Shown here: piece by piece, positions 62,067-64,000 of the stretch | How positions within the stretch are numbered: the first letter of the stretch is position 1 | How the letters are laid out: each line of letters starts with the position of its first letter | Source of the DNA: an archaeon | Lineage (GTDB): Archaea; SpSt-1190; DYHY01 | Reading direction: 5' to 3' | Assembly: GCA_037442745.1 (NCBI GenBank) | Contig: JBBIPP010000008.1 | Span: 8,013-72,012 of the forward strand | Length of the DNA: 64,000 nucleotides | The notes under the pieces: generated by a model | The model's database searches: none | Told to the model about the DNA's origin: nothing | Seen by the model: only the letters and a program-made list of their open reading frames with translations | Translations under genes and position numbers: made by a program

Positions 62067-63290
62067 CTAGAGAGTCTCATCAATCCGGAGAAGCCGGTTG
62101 TATTTCGCCAATCTCTCCCCTCTGCAGGGAGCTCCCGCTTTCAGGAATTCAGCTCCCAAGGCAACTGCCAAATCCGCAATATAGTCGTCAGTTGTTTCCC
62201 CGCTCCGATGGGAGACTGCGACAATCCACTTGCTCTTCTTCGCCAGCTTGAACGCTGAAATTGCCTCAGTCAAAGTTCCTATCTGGTTAACTTTCAGCAG
62301 GAGGCCGTTCGTTGATTTCTTCGAAATCCCTGTTTTCATTCTCTCGACATTTGTTGTGTAGAGGTCGTCTCCGATAACGATTTTTCCCGCCGGAAGCTCC
62401 TTCAGGAGGGATGCGAAACCGTCGAAATCGTTCTCGTCTAGAGGGTCTTCGAACGAATAGAACTGCGGGAACTCCTTTGAGAGATCAAGATAATAGCCAA
62501 CCATTTCTTCAGGCGAAAGAGTTTTTCCGTCAATTGAGTATTTCCCCTCCGAATAGAAACTCGTTGCAGCGGAATCTAGGGAAAGGCTGACTTTTCCGGA
62601 ATAGCCGGATGAATCAATTGCCGAAAGGAGAATGTTCACAGCATCCCCGGTATTGTCAATCGGTGGCGCGAACCCTCCCTCGTCCCCGACATTGATTGCA
62701 GAGACTCCGTACTTGTCCCTCAGTTTCTTCTTCAGGGCCTGATAAATTTCGACGCCCGCCCGGAGCTTATCGGAGAATCCCCTGACCCCAATTGGAACTA
62801 GCATGAATTCCTGGACTGCCAGATTGCCCCCTGCGTGTTTTCCCCCATTGATTACGTTGAACATTGGGGTCGGAATCCTTTTTCCCTTGCCAAGATAGGA
62901 ATGGAGCTCCTGCTTTCCGGCCAAGGCTCTCGAGAGAGCGAGGGAAACCGCAAGGGTTGCGTTCGCTCCGAGCTTTGCCTTGTTCGGCGTCCCGTCAAGT
63001 CCGACCAATTCGGCATCAACTTTCAACTGGTCTGCCGGGAATTTCTTCAGTTTGTTCGCAATTTTCCAGTTTACATTATTGACTGCTTTAAGCACACCCT
63101 TTCCAGCCCATTCATTTCCTCCGTCCCGAAGTTCAACAGCTTCAGAGGCTCCGGTTGAGGCTCCGGAGGGAATTGCAGCACGTCCGAATGAGCCGTCAGT
63201 TAGCCAGAGATCAGCTTCAACTGTCGGAAATCCCCTTGAATCAATAATCTGCCTTGCGAAAATTTTCTTAATTAACGGAGTTTTTGCCAT
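62067..63290 (-). CDS. eno: Enolase
   Basis: DSRGFPTVE, PSGASTG, GDEGG, KVNQIG and SHRSGET motifs. Confidence 0.97.
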   Translation of the reverse strand: MAKTPLIKKIFARQIIDSRGFPTVEADLWLTDGSFGRAAIPSGASTGASEAVELRDGGNEWAGKGVLKAVNNVNWKIANKLKKFPADQLKVDAELVGLDGTPNKAKLGANATLAVSLALSRALAGKQELHSYLGKGKRIPTPMFNVINGGKHAGGNLAVQEFMLVPIGVRGFSDKLRAGVEIYQALKKKLRDKYGVSAINVGDEGGFAPPIDNTGDAVNILLSAIDSSGYSGKVSLSLDSAATSFYSEGKYSIDGKTLSPEEMVGYYLDLSKEFPQFYSFEDPLDENDFDGFASLLKELPAGKIVIGDDLYTTNVERMKTGISKKSTNGLLLKVNQIGTLTEAISAFKLAKKSKWIVAVSHRSGETTDDYIADLAVALGAEFLKAGAPCRGERLAKYNRLLRIDETL

Positions 63291-63469
63291 TCAATTGAAC
63301 TTGGAAAAGGTTGTATTTATTGGCAATTGGAGCGTTTTGATACTTAATTGAGGTCATACCTTCCCTAAAAGATATCTTATTTACTATTTAGTAGTAAAGT
63401 ATATAAAGGAGAAAGGTCTAAGAGTGTTTTTACAGCAAAACAAAAACAAAGGAGAATGAAAAAAGAAAA

Positions 63470-63807
63470 ATGGGAAACTTGACATATCTGAAAGGATCGG
63501 TAAAGGCGGGCGTAGTTGTTGGTGCATTGGTTGAAGCATCGCCATATATTGCAAAAGCAATTGCGTATGGAATGAACATATACAATCCAGGAAGCGGAGA
63601 AGGTCTGAATGAGCTTGCTGATGCAGCAATCCGGAACTCTTGCGCAGTCCATGCAACTGCGCATTAACTTCGGGGTTTCTTGCAATGCCATTCGGAGGAA
63701 AAGGTGCTGAAAACCGTTACTATAAAGAGAACGGACCCACGTTCGACAATGCGCCAATACCTCCCAAAACAAAAGGAAGGAACGGCAAGCACATTAACCC
63801 TTATTAA
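63470..63807 (+). pseudogene. Small hypothetical gene, apparently frameshifted near 63660
   Basis: TATATAAA box upstream; the 65-aa ORF continues in another frame as ALTSGFLAMPFGG...INPY. Confidence 0.3.
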
Positions 63808-64000
63808 ACGGGTTCTTTCTCGTCAGTATTTTTTTTCTTTTTCAATATATTTTTTGGACATTTCTTGGGTCTGTTGAAACCCTTGACAAAGATTAGCGAA
63901 AAATCCGCAATCCTGACATTCTCGAAGTTGAAAGCAAGGAGCTTGACGAACGTTGCCCCGACAACAAAACCCTGTTCGTTTGCCGCAATGACTGCCTTTA

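Noticed and set aside
1-64000. Host genome uses TGA as Gly
   Set aside because: Conserved genes such as the FNR-like reductase, fic, lsm and glyS end correctly at TGA

Overview
Archaeal chromosomal window with a DPANN-like gene set. It carries TFE, rpl10e, rpl37e, Sm, rps8e, archaeal tyrS/glyS, an S-layer protein and a class III pilin. Housekeeping genes dominate (alaS, tyrS, serS, glyS, topA, eno, glmM, glmU, adk, sod), plus RNase P RNA, four tRNAs and several decayed pseudogenes. Most notable signals: (1) A ChlI-like AAA+ gene is joined to a vWA ORF by a canonical -1 frameshift signal (C_CCA_AAA, stop codon, GC hairpin). (2) A Type IIG restriction-modification gene has its ATG out of frame because of a (TC)6 tract, which suggests a phase-variable switch in the OFF state; a Fic/Doc toxin and an unannotated 59-aa partner follow it. 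(3) All four tRNA genes have short duplicated pieces of themselves next to them, and three of these loci share a related hairpin family. (4) An AT-rich block spans the pilin head and the N-terminus of the next surface protein. All calls come from reading motifs by eye; no database searches were run.
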